From Chiloscyllium plagiosum (Eukaryota): 20,594 nucleotides of DNA. This document shows positions 10,207 through 19,462 of this stretch, one piece after another; positions within the stretch are counted from its first letter, which is position 1; each line of letters starts with the position of its first letter. The notes under the pieces are model-generated. The model had not been told where the DNA came from and did not search any database. It saw only the letters and a list, made by a program, of their open reading frames with translations. Both the position numbers and the translations under genes were made by a program. The stretch lies in contig NC_057750.1 of assembly GCF_004010195.1 (NCBI RefSeq), positions 5,068,352 through 5,088,945 of the forward strand, in the 5' to 3' direction.

Positions 10207-10948
10207 CGTGCTGTATGACTCTATCCTGTTTTATGTTTTTCTTAAAGCTTAGTCTGTGACTACCAGTGAACATCTCTCTGAATCCAGTCTCAGGGATCCA
10301 ATCCCAGGATTGATACTGGGCTCACACGCTGGATGTGTATCAGCAGTGGAAGGATCTATGCCATTGGCAGCTCCATTCAAATAGCAAGAGGCCATTCAGC
10401 CCCTTGGATCAGTTCAGCCATTCTGTTCGATCATGGTGGATATTTTTCTGAACTATTTTCAACCGCTTTTATTCCGTAACCCTCATCCCCTTAGCCAACA
10501 AAAGTCGATCAATCTCAGCCTTAAACCTTTCAGCTAACGTCCAGTCTGTACAGTTGCTGGTAGAGATTGTTCTGGATTTCATGACGTCTGTGTTAGGGAG
10601 TGCTGGCTGATGTCACCCTCCATGCTGGTACGCTGCTCACTGCCTGAGGAGACGGTGGTATCATGGCCGTGTCACCTGGCCAGCTATCCAGAGGCTCAGG
10701 CTAATGCCAGGGGGAGTGGGTTCAAGTCCCACCTCAGCAACTGTCAAAACTCACTCTGTTCTCTAATGCCCATGAAGGAGCGAAATCCACCAACGCTACC
10801 CAGTCTGGCCTACAGATCCTTCCACTGCTGATACGCATCCACTGTGAGCCCAGCATTAATGCTGGGACTGGATTCAGAGTCACGTTCACTGGTAGTTGCA
10901 GACTGAGCTTTAAGAAAAACACGAAACAGAATAAAGTTATACTGCATG
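10207..10948. repeat. Inverted repeat pair: 10207-10357 and 10814-10948
   Basis: The reverse complement of 10814-10948 aligns with 10207-10357 (tgtttttcttaaagct.agtctg..actaccagtgaac...ctgaatccagtc...tatcagcagtggaaggatct). Confidence 0.9.
10385..10600 (-). mobile_element. Old CR1 3' tail fragment
   Basis: gaggccattcagcccct...gatcatgg...tcaatctcagccttaaa, similar to 19540-19700. Confidence 0.6.
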
Positions 10949-11077
10949 ACTCCAGACCCACAGTGACGTGGTTACCCATTGCAAGGACTGAGCATGGTCT
11001 CAGTTCAGGGAGAAAGAGGGATGACAATCGGATGCTGGGTCTCGCAGTGATGGGATACCCACGCCCTATAAAAGAAT
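10646..11077 (+). mobile_element. Degenerate tRNA-derived SINE (3287 family) interrupted by a ~135-bp insert
   Basis: Head atccagaggctcaggctaatg...gggttcaagtccc. The body breaks at tctggcctaca and resumes at tgactccagacccacag. Confidence 0.7.
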
Positions 11078-11127
11078 CGAGCAAAGTAAAACTGTAGCAG
11101 CCTGATTGTCAGGCGTAGCCCTGTTGT

Positions 11128-11460
11128 TGTTTTTCTCTCTCTCTCCCTTGTTTTCTGTCTATCTCCATTAGTCCTTCTCTCTTTCCCCCTCTCTCTTTGT
11201 GATCTCTCTCGCTCTCTTTCTATCTCCCTCACCCCATCTGTCTCTCTTCTTCCCCCCCCCCCCCCCACCAAACCCTCCACACACACTGGTCTCTGACACC
11301 ACCACACCCCCCACAACCCCGTTTATTTTGCTTGCTCTCATTCTCTGTCCTCTCGTCTCACTCCCCCCAACCCTGCACCCCTGGCCTCTGTGTTCCTCTC
11401 GATCTCCCTTGTTTTCACTATTTCCCTTATTTTCTCTATCTCATCCTCCCTACCACCACC
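11128..11460 (+). repeat. Pyrimidine-rich low-complexity tract with (CT)n and a poly-C run
   Basis: Visible directly, including a C-run at about 11252-11266. Confidence 0.85.
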
Positions 11461-11594
11461 AGCAGAGGAGGCAGTTTCTCTATTTGAAATACTTCAGTTC
11501 TTCTGTTCAGTTGCAGTTGTAAATATTGATTAAAGGGAAACTGTTGCTGATTTCTGGCGTTAGGCTGAACCTGCCTGCTTCTTCTCCTTGCTAG

Positions 11595-11700
11595 GCGACT
11601 CTCTCACATTTCTGGTCATCGATCGTACTATTTACATGGAGCAGGCAGTGAGCTGCAACACGCCTTGGTCCAGTTTACAATGAGCAAGCTCCTCAGCAAG
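11595..11700 (+). CDS. SARS2: SARS2 (mitochondrial seryl-tRNA synthetase) internal coding exon, 106 nt, probably equivalent to human exon 7
   Basis: Acceptor ctgaacctgcctgcttcttctccttgctag| and donor AAG|gtgagt. After 1 nt it reads [35 protein letters not shown], matching my recollection of vertebrate SARS2 (human [35 protein letters not shown]). Confidence 0.96.
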
Positions 11701-11737
11701 GTGAGTCCCCTTGATACTACTGAGTGACTCTGTACTT

Positions 11738-12085
11738 ACATAGAATGCCTACAGTATGGAAACAGGCCCTTTGGCCCAACAAGTCCACACTGACCCTCCA
11801 ACGAGTAACCCACCCAGACCCATTCCCCATTACTCTACATTTACTCCTGACTAATCTGCCTTACCTACACATCCCTGAACACTATGGGGCAATTTCCCAT
11901 GGCCAATCCACCCTGACCTGCACATCTCTGGAGTGTGGGAGGAAACCGGAGCACCCGGAGGAAACCCACGCAGACACTGAGAGAATGTGAAAACTCTACA
12001 CAGACAGTCACCCGAGGCTAGAATCGAACCCGGGTCTCTGGCGCTGGGAGGCAACATTGCTAACCACTGAGCCACCGTGCCACCC
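11738..12085 (-). mobile_element. HE1-type SINE, near full length
   Basis: Reverse complement reads gggtggcacggtggctcagtggttagc...gggttcgattc...tctgcgtgggtttcctccgggtgctccggtttcctcccaca...ctgtaggcattctatg. Confidence 0.9.
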
Positions 12086-12490
12086 AATTTGCTGCCTTAC
12101 CCCAATTCCAACTTCCGTTCACAAAACTAGCGTTCACCTGGCTAAGGATGGAGCAAGAGCTGGTGCATTCCCCAGAGGATTCAGTCTCAATACTCCACAC
12201 AGAGTATATGGAGCTTGCTGATCTCAAAACAAAGATTTACCTATCTCCTGTCGGTACAGGATGAAATATACATTGCTTTTCCTGTCAGTATCGGGTGTTA
12301 TTAATCACCAGCTGAAACTTGTACGCACTCAGCGTTTGCAACATTCACACCTGCCTCGCCCTCCCCATCTGTTAAAATTCTATCAGATACTAACCACCCA
12401 TGACCAGGTATCCATCTTTCTGTGTGAGTCCAGACAGTAACCATCAATAGAATAGTTTCCCGTGATGCCAGACACACAGTCCTGATCTCA

Positions 12491-12658
12491 ACAAGGTCAG
12501 GAGTCACACGGCACCAGGTTATGGTCCCACAGGTTTATTTGAAATCGCAGCCTTTCGGAGCACGGCTCCTTCATCATTAAAACCTGTTGGCCTATAACTT
12601 GGTGTCATGTGACTTCTGACTTTGTACACCGCAGTCCAACCACCAGCACCTCCACATA
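12491..12658. mobile_element. Short palindromic Penelope-derived element (second family) with a hammerhead remnant
   Basis: Inverted arms 12491-12536 and 12580-12625. The spacer on the minus strand reads aTGATGA-a-GGAG-ccgtg-CTCC-GAAA-ggctg. Confidence 0.7.
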
Positions 12659-12679
12659 CTGATCCCAGCAGAAAGTGGT

Positions 12680-13112
12680 TACAGTTATACAGCATGGAAA
12701 CAAACACTTCAATCCAACTTGTCCATGCTGACCAGATATCAGAAATTAATCTAGCCCCATTTGGCCCATATCCCTCTTAAACCCATCCTATACATATCCC
12801 CATTCAGATGCCTTTTAAATGTTGTAATTGTACCAGCCTCCACCATTGTTGAGTATAGGATTTGGGAGGTCGTGTTGCAGCTGTATGAGACATTGGTTAG
12901 GCCACTTTAGGAGCACTGTTTAGGAATACTGCATTCAGTTCTGGCCTCCCTGCTAAAGCAAAGATATTATGAAACTTGAAAGGGTTTAGAAAAGATTTAC
13001 AAGGATGTTGCCGGGGTCGGAGGGTTTGTGCTTTTGGGAGAGGACGAATAGGCTGAGGCTTGTTTTCCCTGGAGCGTTGGAGGCTGAGGGGTGAGGTTTA
13101 TAAAATCACGAG
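12680..13112. mobile_element. Two abutting CR1 fragments in opposite orientation (about 12680-12845 minus, 12846-13112 plus)
   Basis: The first is a reverse-complement tail (tacagcatggaaaca...gttgtaattgtaccagcctccacca). The second resembles 8450-8690. Confidence 0.8.
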
Positions 13113-13264
13113 GGACAAAAACTGTCAACCTGAAATACTGCAAGTTTACTATATCATCACAATCTCCGTGGAGTCAGTTGTGTGCGTGAGTGAGAAGACT
13201 CTCTGCCAATATGTTTTATTTAAGGCCAAGTTACATTATTATTTAAGAGATTTGTGCTGTAAAT

Positions 13265-13491
13265 TAATCCACCCTAACCTGCACATCCCTGGACACTATG
13301 GGGCAATTTAGCATGGCCAGTTTACCCTGACCTGCACATCTTTGGACTGTGGGAGGAAACCAGAGCACCCGGAGAAGACCCACGCAGACGCGGGGAGAAT
13401 GTGCAAAATCCACACGCAGTTGCCCAAGGCTGGAATTGAACCCGGATCCCTAGTGCCGTGAGGCAACTGTTTAACCACTGAGTCACCGTGC
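13265..13491 (-). mobile_element. HE1-type SINE, 3'-truncated
   Basis: Closely matches 11860-12080. Confidence 0.88.
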
Positions 13492-13672
13492 TTGGGGATT
13501 AGATAGAAAATGCGATTGCACAAAAGGTGAATGATCACTGCCTCAATTATTAACATGTGACAGAACTTTACTGTCATTAGCAATTCCATCATGGACACTT
13601 TTAACTTGGTAACTGTGCTAACAGGTGGATTCGGTGCTTTCTCTCATGCCTTTGTGATTTTTCTCTCCCCAG

Positions 13673-13720
13673 GGGTTCACGCCAATAACTGTACCGGATA
13701 TGCTGAGAGGTGCTGTGTTT
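13673..13720 (+). CDS. SARS2: SARS2 internal coding exon, 48 nt (class II aaRS motif 1 region)
   Basis: Acceptor tttttctctccccag|, donor TTT|gtaagt. Phase 0-0, translates GFTPITVPDMLRGAVF (human recalled as GFTPMTVPDLLRGAVF), in frame with the previous exon. Confidence 0.96.
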
Positions 13721-13744
13721 GTAAGTACCAAATTCTACAGCCTC

Positions 13745-14047
13745 TGCAGCACAGAAACAGGCCATTCAGCCCATCATGTCCATGCTGGTGTTTGTGCCCC
13801 ATACTAGCATCCTCGTTTCCAGTCACACTTTACCCCATTTGAGCTATAGGGAGAGGTTGAATAGGCTGGGGCTGTTTTCTCTGAGCGTCGGAAGCTGAGG
13901 GCGTGACCGTATAGAGGTTTATAAAATTGAGGGCCATGGATAAGATAAATAGACAAATTTATGGGACTAGATTGGGTTGGGATATCTGGTCGGCATGGAC
14001 GGGTTGGACCAAAGGGTCTGTTTCTGTGCTGTACATCTCTCTGACTC
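13745..14047. mobile_element. CR1 3' fragments (about 13745-13840 minus, 13841-14047 plus with internal deletion)
   Basis: cagcacagaaacaggccattcagccc, then gagctatagggagaggttgaataggctggggct...gtgctgtacatctctctgactc. Confidence 0.75.
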
Positions 14048-15130
14048 AGACCAGAACCCTCGACGCGAACATTTTCCTGTTTTAAAGATAGATGTGAAGT
14101 GCCGTGTTCCAGATGGGATCCAACTGGTCCAACTGCTCGATGTTAAACAAAGCACAATTTTATACACTCTAGTTATAAAAGAAAGAGGAATTTAGACTAA
14201 CTTGACCGAGCAATAGATACAGTACCTATTTATTATTAACTGTTCCAATACAATAACACACTCCTTGGCCAATTCAGACACAGATTCTCACATGCAGTCC
14301 TCCAAACCAGGAGAAAGGAACATCAAGAGAAGATTCAGAGAGTGTAGCAGCCAGGAGACATTCACTGAGGCTTCCAACTCGGAGACCCCTGATTAAAGCT
14401 AAACCTTAAAAATAAAAATAACTAAACAGCCTGGTCGATGAGAGATGGCCACTCCCAGGCTATAATTCCATTGTTCCAACTCTTTTTTTTTTAAATAAAA
14501 ACCACAAGGCTTCACAAATTGTTTACTTTCTGAGAGACAGCTCCGCGTCTGTCTCTCTGTCTGTCTGTCTGTCTCTCTGTCTGTCTGTCTGTCTCTCTGT
14601 CTGTCTGTCTGTCTCTCTGTCTGTCTGTCTGTCTCTCTGTCTGTCTGTCTGTCTCTCTGTCTGTCTGTCTGTCTCTCTGTCTGTCTGTCTGTCTCTCTGT
14701 CTGTCTGTCTGTCTCTCTGTCTGTCTGTCTGTCTCTCTGTCTGTCTGTCTGTCTCTCTGTCTGTCTGTCTGTCTCTCTGTCTGTCTGTCTGTCTCTCTGT
14801 CTGTCTGTCTGTCTCTCTGTCTGTCTGTCTGTCTCTCTGTCTGTCTGTCTGTCTCTCTGTCTGTCTGTCTGTCTCTCTGTCTGTCTGTCTGTCTCTCTGT
14901 CTGTCTGTCTGTCTCTCTGTCTGTCTGTCTGTCTCTCTGTCTGTCTGTCTGTCTCTCTGTCTGTCTGTCTGTCTCTCTGTCTGTCTGTCTGTCTCTCTGT
15001 CTGTCTGTCTGTCTCTCTGTCTGTCTGTCTGTCTCTCTGTCTGTCTGTCTCTCTGTCTGTCTGTCTCTCTGTCTGTCTGTCTCTCTGTCTCTCTCAGTAT
15101 AAAGAAATCAGTGTTTTCAAAACATCTCAG
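14048..15130 (-). mobile_element. Degenerate solo LTR related to 16781-17406, containing an expanded minisatellite
   Basis: Colinear shared blocks with 16781-17406: gttccagatg, ggtc.aact, taactgttccaata, tctcac, attgttcca, gtttacttt, gacagct. End points are approximate. Confidence 0.6.
14547..15095 (+). repeat. Compound microsatellite/minisatellite: 25 perfect copies of GTCTCTCTGTCTGTCTGTCT (14551-15050), then shorter 16-bp units
   Basis: Period 20 read directly from the sequence; the unit is (CTGT)4+CTCT. Confidence 0.97.
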
Positions 15131-15159
15131 ACGTTTTGAAAAGGCTGGGCCTGATTTTG

Positions 15160-15891
15160 AGTCATACGGTCATACAGCATGGAAACAGACCCTTCGGTAA
15201 ATGCTGACCATAATCCCAAACTAAACTGGTCCCACCTGCCTGCACTTGACCCATATCCGTCCAAACATTTCCTCTTCATGTATTTATCTAAATGTCTTTT
15301 TAAATGTTGTAATTATACCCACATCCATCACTTCCTGTTGAAGTTAATTCCACACACGAACCACCCTCTGTGTGTATAATATATATTTTAAAAAATCCCC
15401 CTCCCTTTCTTTAAATCTCTCTCCTCTCACCTTAAAAATATGCCCGCTAGTCTTGAAATCCCCCTCGCCAGGGAAAAAGACACCTGCCATTCACCATCTA
15501 TAACCTTCATGATTTTATTAACCTCTATAAGTTCACCCTTGAACTTCCTATGCTCCAGTGAAAAGATGTCCCAGCCTCTTCAGCCTCTCCCCATAAATCA
15601 AACCCTCCATTCCTGGCAACCTCCGAATAAACCTCTTCTGAACCCTCTCCAGCTTAATAATATCCTCCCTATAACAGGAAGACCAGAACTGGACACAGTG
15701 CTCCAGCCTCACCAGTGTCTTGTACAACCTCAACATGACATCCCGACTCCGATACTCAAAGGTCTGAGCAATGAAGGCAAGTGTGGTGAATGCTGCCTTA
15801 ACTCACTCTGTCTATAGGTGACGCAAACTTCAAAGAATTATGTGCCCGAAACCTTGGGTCTCTCTGTGGTACAACACTACCCAAGGCTCTG
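15160..15891 (-). mobile_element. CR1 LINE 3' portion
   Basis: ORF 15548..15736(-) MLRLYKTLVR.LEHCVQFWSSCYREDIIKLERVQKRF. Reverse-complement tail gagtcatac..tcatacagcatggaaacagaccc. Confidence 0.9.
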
Positions 15892-15893
15892 TA

Positions 15894-16025
15894 CAGAACT
15901 AGCTCGATTATCCGAACATCAATCATCCGAATTTCTGATTACCCGAGCAAGGTCTCGGAAAGATGTTATGTTATCCAAACAAAATACTCCCCACCCGTCT
16001 CATTCAGATAATGGAGGTTGTCCTG
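15894..16025. mobile_element. Small Tc1/mariner (Tigger-like) MITE
   Basis: ta|cagaactagctcgattatccgaa ... ttcagataatggaggttgtcctg|tt: imperfect ~23-bp TIRs starting with CAG, TA on the left only, and internal attatccgaa-like subrepeats. Confidence 0.55.
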
Positions 16026-16179
16026 TTACGTGCACGTTGTGGGCCAAGTGTGGAACTGGGTGATGTCGAGCAGGAGAATTCCCTTGGTACTGAGCCCTGT
16101 CGGAATCCTGAGAGACTCGGTTGGATAACAAATGTTTCCGCATTGGCGATGGCTCCAATTACTGCTGCTGTGCAGACTG

Positions 16180-16450
16180 AGAATGATGGAAACTTGCAGA
16201 AGCGGGTCACTCAGCCCAGCCTAACTGGGCCAGCTGCTTCAAGGAACTGTGACAACCGAACCATTTTTTCCCCAGAGCTCTGCAAGTTCACGCGTGTGAC
16301 CAGTCGACTTTTTAAAACTACCTCCAATGCACTGCTTTACCTGCCCTTTCAGAATGTGTGTCCCAGATGCCAGCCGTGACCTGGGTGAAGGGATTTCTCC
16401 GTAAATACGTCTTATTCTTTTGCCAGCTTATTAACCCTTGTCCCGTTGTT
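16180..16450 (-). mobile_element. Very old CR1 3' end
   Basis: Weak similarity to reverse-complement CR1 tails (ggtcactcagccca...ttttccccagagc.ctgcaa...ctgggtgaag..atttctcc). Confidence 0.4.
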
Positions 16451-16493
16451 TCTAAAGCCGGGGCTTTCAAATGTCAATGACCTGTTTTTCTAG

Positions 16494-16602
16494 GAAGGCT
16501 GCGGGATGCGGCCCAATGCCAAATCCTCCCAGGTTTACCAGCTTGACCCGACTCGTTTTGAAGACCTCTGCCTGGCAGGAACAGCTGAGGTTGGCATCGC
16601 AG
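16494..16602 (+). CDS. SARS2: SARS2 internal coding exon, 109 nt (contains the SerRS TxE motif, GTAE)
   Basis: Acceptor cctgtttttctag|, donor CAG|gtaaat. Translates [36 protein letters not shown] plus 1 nt, in frame with the previous exon. Confidence 0.96.
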
Positions 16603-16780
16603 GTAAATCTGTCACGGAGGGTGAGCGCGGGTTTGCGCGACATGAACAAACCTTGTTGTAACCCTGCGATCACGCTGATGTCTTTAAGCTGGGTAAAGAA
16701 GTTTACATGATAGATAGGAATAAGCTATTTCATCTGGGGAGGGGCTGGGTGAAAACAAAGTGGAGGGCAAAACATTTTTG

Positions 16781-17406
16781 TGTTATGGAACCCTCAAAGT
16801 ATATTCAGAAGATAGTCTGGACCCTAACTGAAGGTAAGTATAAGGTGTTGCGTTCCAGATGCAATTTGGTTGGTCAAACTACCAGAATTAAAGCAAAGCA
16901 TGCTTTATTCATCCATGATAATTAAAATACAACAAAAGAGAAAAGGAATTGGAATAACTTAAATCTATTGGAAAACTTAACAGGATAGTAGATTATTTAA
17001 TCACTGAACAGTAACTGTTCCAATATAGCGACATCCCAGAAACAGACTTGGCAAAATAGATTGTCTCACGCACAGTTCTCCAGTCCAGGAACAAAAATAT
17101 CTAGAAAAAACTGTGTATATGTGTGTGTACGTATGTATATTAGTGAGAGAGGTACTATAGCATCCAACCCCAGCTTTCAGACCCAGCAACAATTACTGAA
17201 AGACTAAAACTAAAAACCCTGGTTCTGTTGGACTTTGACTCCACCCGCTCAGGCTGCTCCTATTGTTCCATCTTTAACAAAACCCCTCAAGACCTCACGT
17301 TTACTTTATTAGATTCAAATTGACAGCTTCGTACCTCTGTCTCGAAACATGTCTTCATAAACAAAACCGAATAAAATACACCTCTTAAAGCCGTGTTATT
17401 GTCACA
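16781..17406 (-). mobile_element. Solo LTR (about 626 bp), probably Gypsy/Ty3-type
   Basis: TG...CA termini (tgttatgg...attgtcaca), flanks tttg/gttg (4-bp TSD with one mismatch), minus-strand AATAAA at about 16904-16909, and a homologous second copy at 14048-15130. Strand is inferred only from the poly(A) signal. Confidence 0.65.
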
Positions 17407-17409
17407 GTT

Positions 17410-17770
17410 GGGGTGGTTTACCTTGGAGCAGAGGACACCGAGTGGGGCGACATGATTGAGATGTGTAAAAGCGAGGGACCTAGACAGGAGGGAGTTTTCC
17501 CGCTTGGTGGAGGCATCAGTGACCAGCGGGCGCAGGTTTACAGTCAGGGGCAGGAGGTTCAGTGGGGATCGGGGGAAAGTAGTTTTACCGGGTGGTGGGT
17601 TCTGGAACTCACTGCTGGTAAGGCTATTCAAGGCAGAAACCCTCATCAGGTTGAAGAAGTATTTGGATGTGAACATGCAACGCAAAGGCAATGGGCCAAG
17701 TGCTGGAAAAAGACCACAGCAGACTCAATGGGCCAAATGGCCTTTCTCTGCACTATAGGCCTCAATGACT
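17410..17770 (+). mobile_element. Old CR1 3' end
   Basis: ORF 17456..17758 shows LDRREFSRLVEASVTSGRRFTVRG...FWNSL...LKKYLD. Tail aaatggcctttctctgcactata. Confidence 0.7.
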
Positions 17771-17784
17771 GACTGGCGACAACA

Positions 17785-18412
17785 GCAGGTTAGAGGCTGG
17801 AAATCCTGCCCCTTCTGTCTTCCCAAAGCCTGTCCACCATCTACAACTCAGGAGTGTGTTGGAATACTCCCCACTTACCCTGGATGGGGGCAGCTCCAAC
17901 AACATTCAAGAAGCTCAACACCATCCAGGGACAAAGCAACCCCCACTTCATTGGCCCCACATCCACAAACGTCCACTCCCTCCATCCCCGACACTCAATC
18001 GCAGTAGTGTGTACCATCTACAAGATGCACTGCAGAAATTCACCAAAGGTCCTCAGACAGCACCTTCCAAATCCATGAGCGCTCCCATCTAGAAGGAAAA
18101 GATATATGGGAACACCATCCCCTGACTTACCCTGGATGGGGGCAGCTCCAACAACATTCAAGCAGCTCAACACCATCCAGGGACAAAGCAACCCCCACTT
18201 CATTGGCCCCACATCCACAAACGTCCACTCCCTCCATCCCCGACACTCAGTAGCAGTAGTGTGTACCATCTACAAGATGCACTGCAGAAATTCACCAAAG
18301 GTCCTCAGACAGCACCAAATCCATGAGCGCTCCCATCTAGAAGGAAAAGATATATGGGAACACCACCCCCTGTGCGTTTCCCCATCAAACCACTCACCGT
18401 CCTAACTTGGAA
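17785..18412 (+). mobile_element. CR1-Zenon-like LINE fragment with an internal tandem duplication
   Basis: LEYSPL/WMGAAPTTFKKLNTIQ...VVCTIYKMHCRNSPKVLRQHLPNP, homologous to 6624-6915. Segment 17873-18124 is repeated at 18125-18372. Confidence 0.85.
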
Positions 18413-18799
18413 ATGTAGAGATGTACAGCAGAGAAACAGATCCTTCGGTCCAACTCATCCACACCGACCAGATAATTCTAAACAAATTCAGTCCCGTTCT
18501 GTGAGTGACTATCTCTGTTTAATTTGTTGAAAAGTTCTTCATGCCTGTCAGCAACAGCTTTATTTTGCATTTATGTAGCACCTTTACATGAGTGAGTTAT
18601 TCTTCTTTACGTCTCTGGTCAAAGACAGGTCCAGCCAACAGCAGGTTCTGAATCCATCCCAGTTGGTACCAATCTGATCCCCATTGGCGATCCAGCTAAC
18701 GGGCCACCCAGCGAGTCCCTGTTGCTTGTGGTGACAGACGCATTTAAGTGCACATTATAGCCCAAATGGTGGTGGTAGAGGCCCCAACACTTTTTTCCC

Positions 18800-18915
18800 C
18801 CAAGAAGGATTGCAGATTAATACTCGGTCATGTAACAAACACGTGTCAAATCCTGGAGCAGGATTCGACCCTGGAGCTTTCAGCTCAGACTCGGGGGTGC
18901 TACCCACCGCGCCTC
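18800..18915 (-). mobile_element. Degenerate tRNA-derived SINE head
   Basis: Minus strand gcgcggtgggtagcaccc...tctgagctgaaag...gggtcgaatcctgctccagg has A/B-box-like motifs. Confidence 0.45.
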
Positions 18916-18949
18916 AAGACCTCCACAGATGTGAGATCGACTATTAAAT

Positions 18950-19140
18950 CCAGCAGGGGCCATGGGAATGTGAGTTGTACTCTCACGGAGAGTAGTTAAG
19001 ATGGCATTTGTAGGGAAGCTATAAGGTTAAAAACCAGAGGGAGAAAAGGATGTCAGTGGGATTTGAGGAAGAATGAGCAAGAGACTTGTGTGGATATGTT
19101 GGACCAAATGTTATGTTTCCGTGCTGTGAATAATTTGTAA
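18950..19140 (+). mobile_element. Old CR1 3' end
   Basis: tgttggaccaaatg...gtttccgtgctgt tail signature. Confidence 0.5.
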
Positions 19141-19182
19141 CCTGTTTCGCTGTTGAAAGATATTTTTGTTTTTTTTCCACAG

Positions 19183-19228
19183 GTTATTTCATGGACCATG
19201 CTGTTAACCTGCAGGATCTGCCTGTGAG
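19183..19228 (+). CDS. SARS2: SARS2 internal coding exon, 46 nt
   Basis: Acceptor tttttgttttttttccacag|, donor GAG|gtaaca. Phase 1-2, translates (G)YFMDHAVNLQDLPV(R) (human recalled as GYFMDHTVAFRDLPVR). Confidence 0.95.
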
Positions 19229-19329
19229 GTAACATGAATTATTGAGGAGCGTTCTTGATGTCTCAATCTGCCGTCTGTGTACGGCTGGTTAACAAATATT
19301 ACTGTGTCACTGCTATGCTGCGCTCTGAG

Positions 19330-19460
19330 CACTCTCTCTCACTCGCTCCCTCTCGCACGCTCTCGCTCCCTTTCTTCCACTCTCTTGCTCTCTATCTCTT
19401 TCTCTTTCGCTCTCTCTCTGTTGCTCTCGCGCGCGCGCTCCCTCTCACTCTTTCTTTCAC
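19330..19460 (+). repeat. Imperfect (CT)n/(CTCG)n microsatellite
   Basis: Visible directly. Confidence 0.85.
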
Positions 19461-19462
19461 AC

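Larger units (their letters stand above)
7280..10224 (+). mobile_element. Long decayed CR1 LINE (ORF2 RT to 3' tail) split by three Penelope-type insertions
   Basis: RT motifs visible in degenerate form: gttccacagggatcggtgctg (VPQGSVL) and aagtttgtggatgatacc (KFVDDT). ORF 8419..8640 gives LYRTLVK..LEYCVQFWSP...LERVQKRFTRM. Tail gctgtatgactctat at about 10210-10224. Confidence 0.9.

Noticed and set aside
11455..11475. Second CTCF-like word ccagcagaggaggcag
   Set aside because: It breaks the GGC part of the core spacing and has no upstream module.
14551..15050. Regular array as a CRISPR-like locus
   Set aside because: No spacers; it is a simple tandem repeat in vertebrate DNA.
15963..16710. 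ORFs 15963..16379 and 16471..16710
   Set aside because: The first crosses a MITE and old CR1. The second overlaps the real SARS2 exon in the wrong frame.
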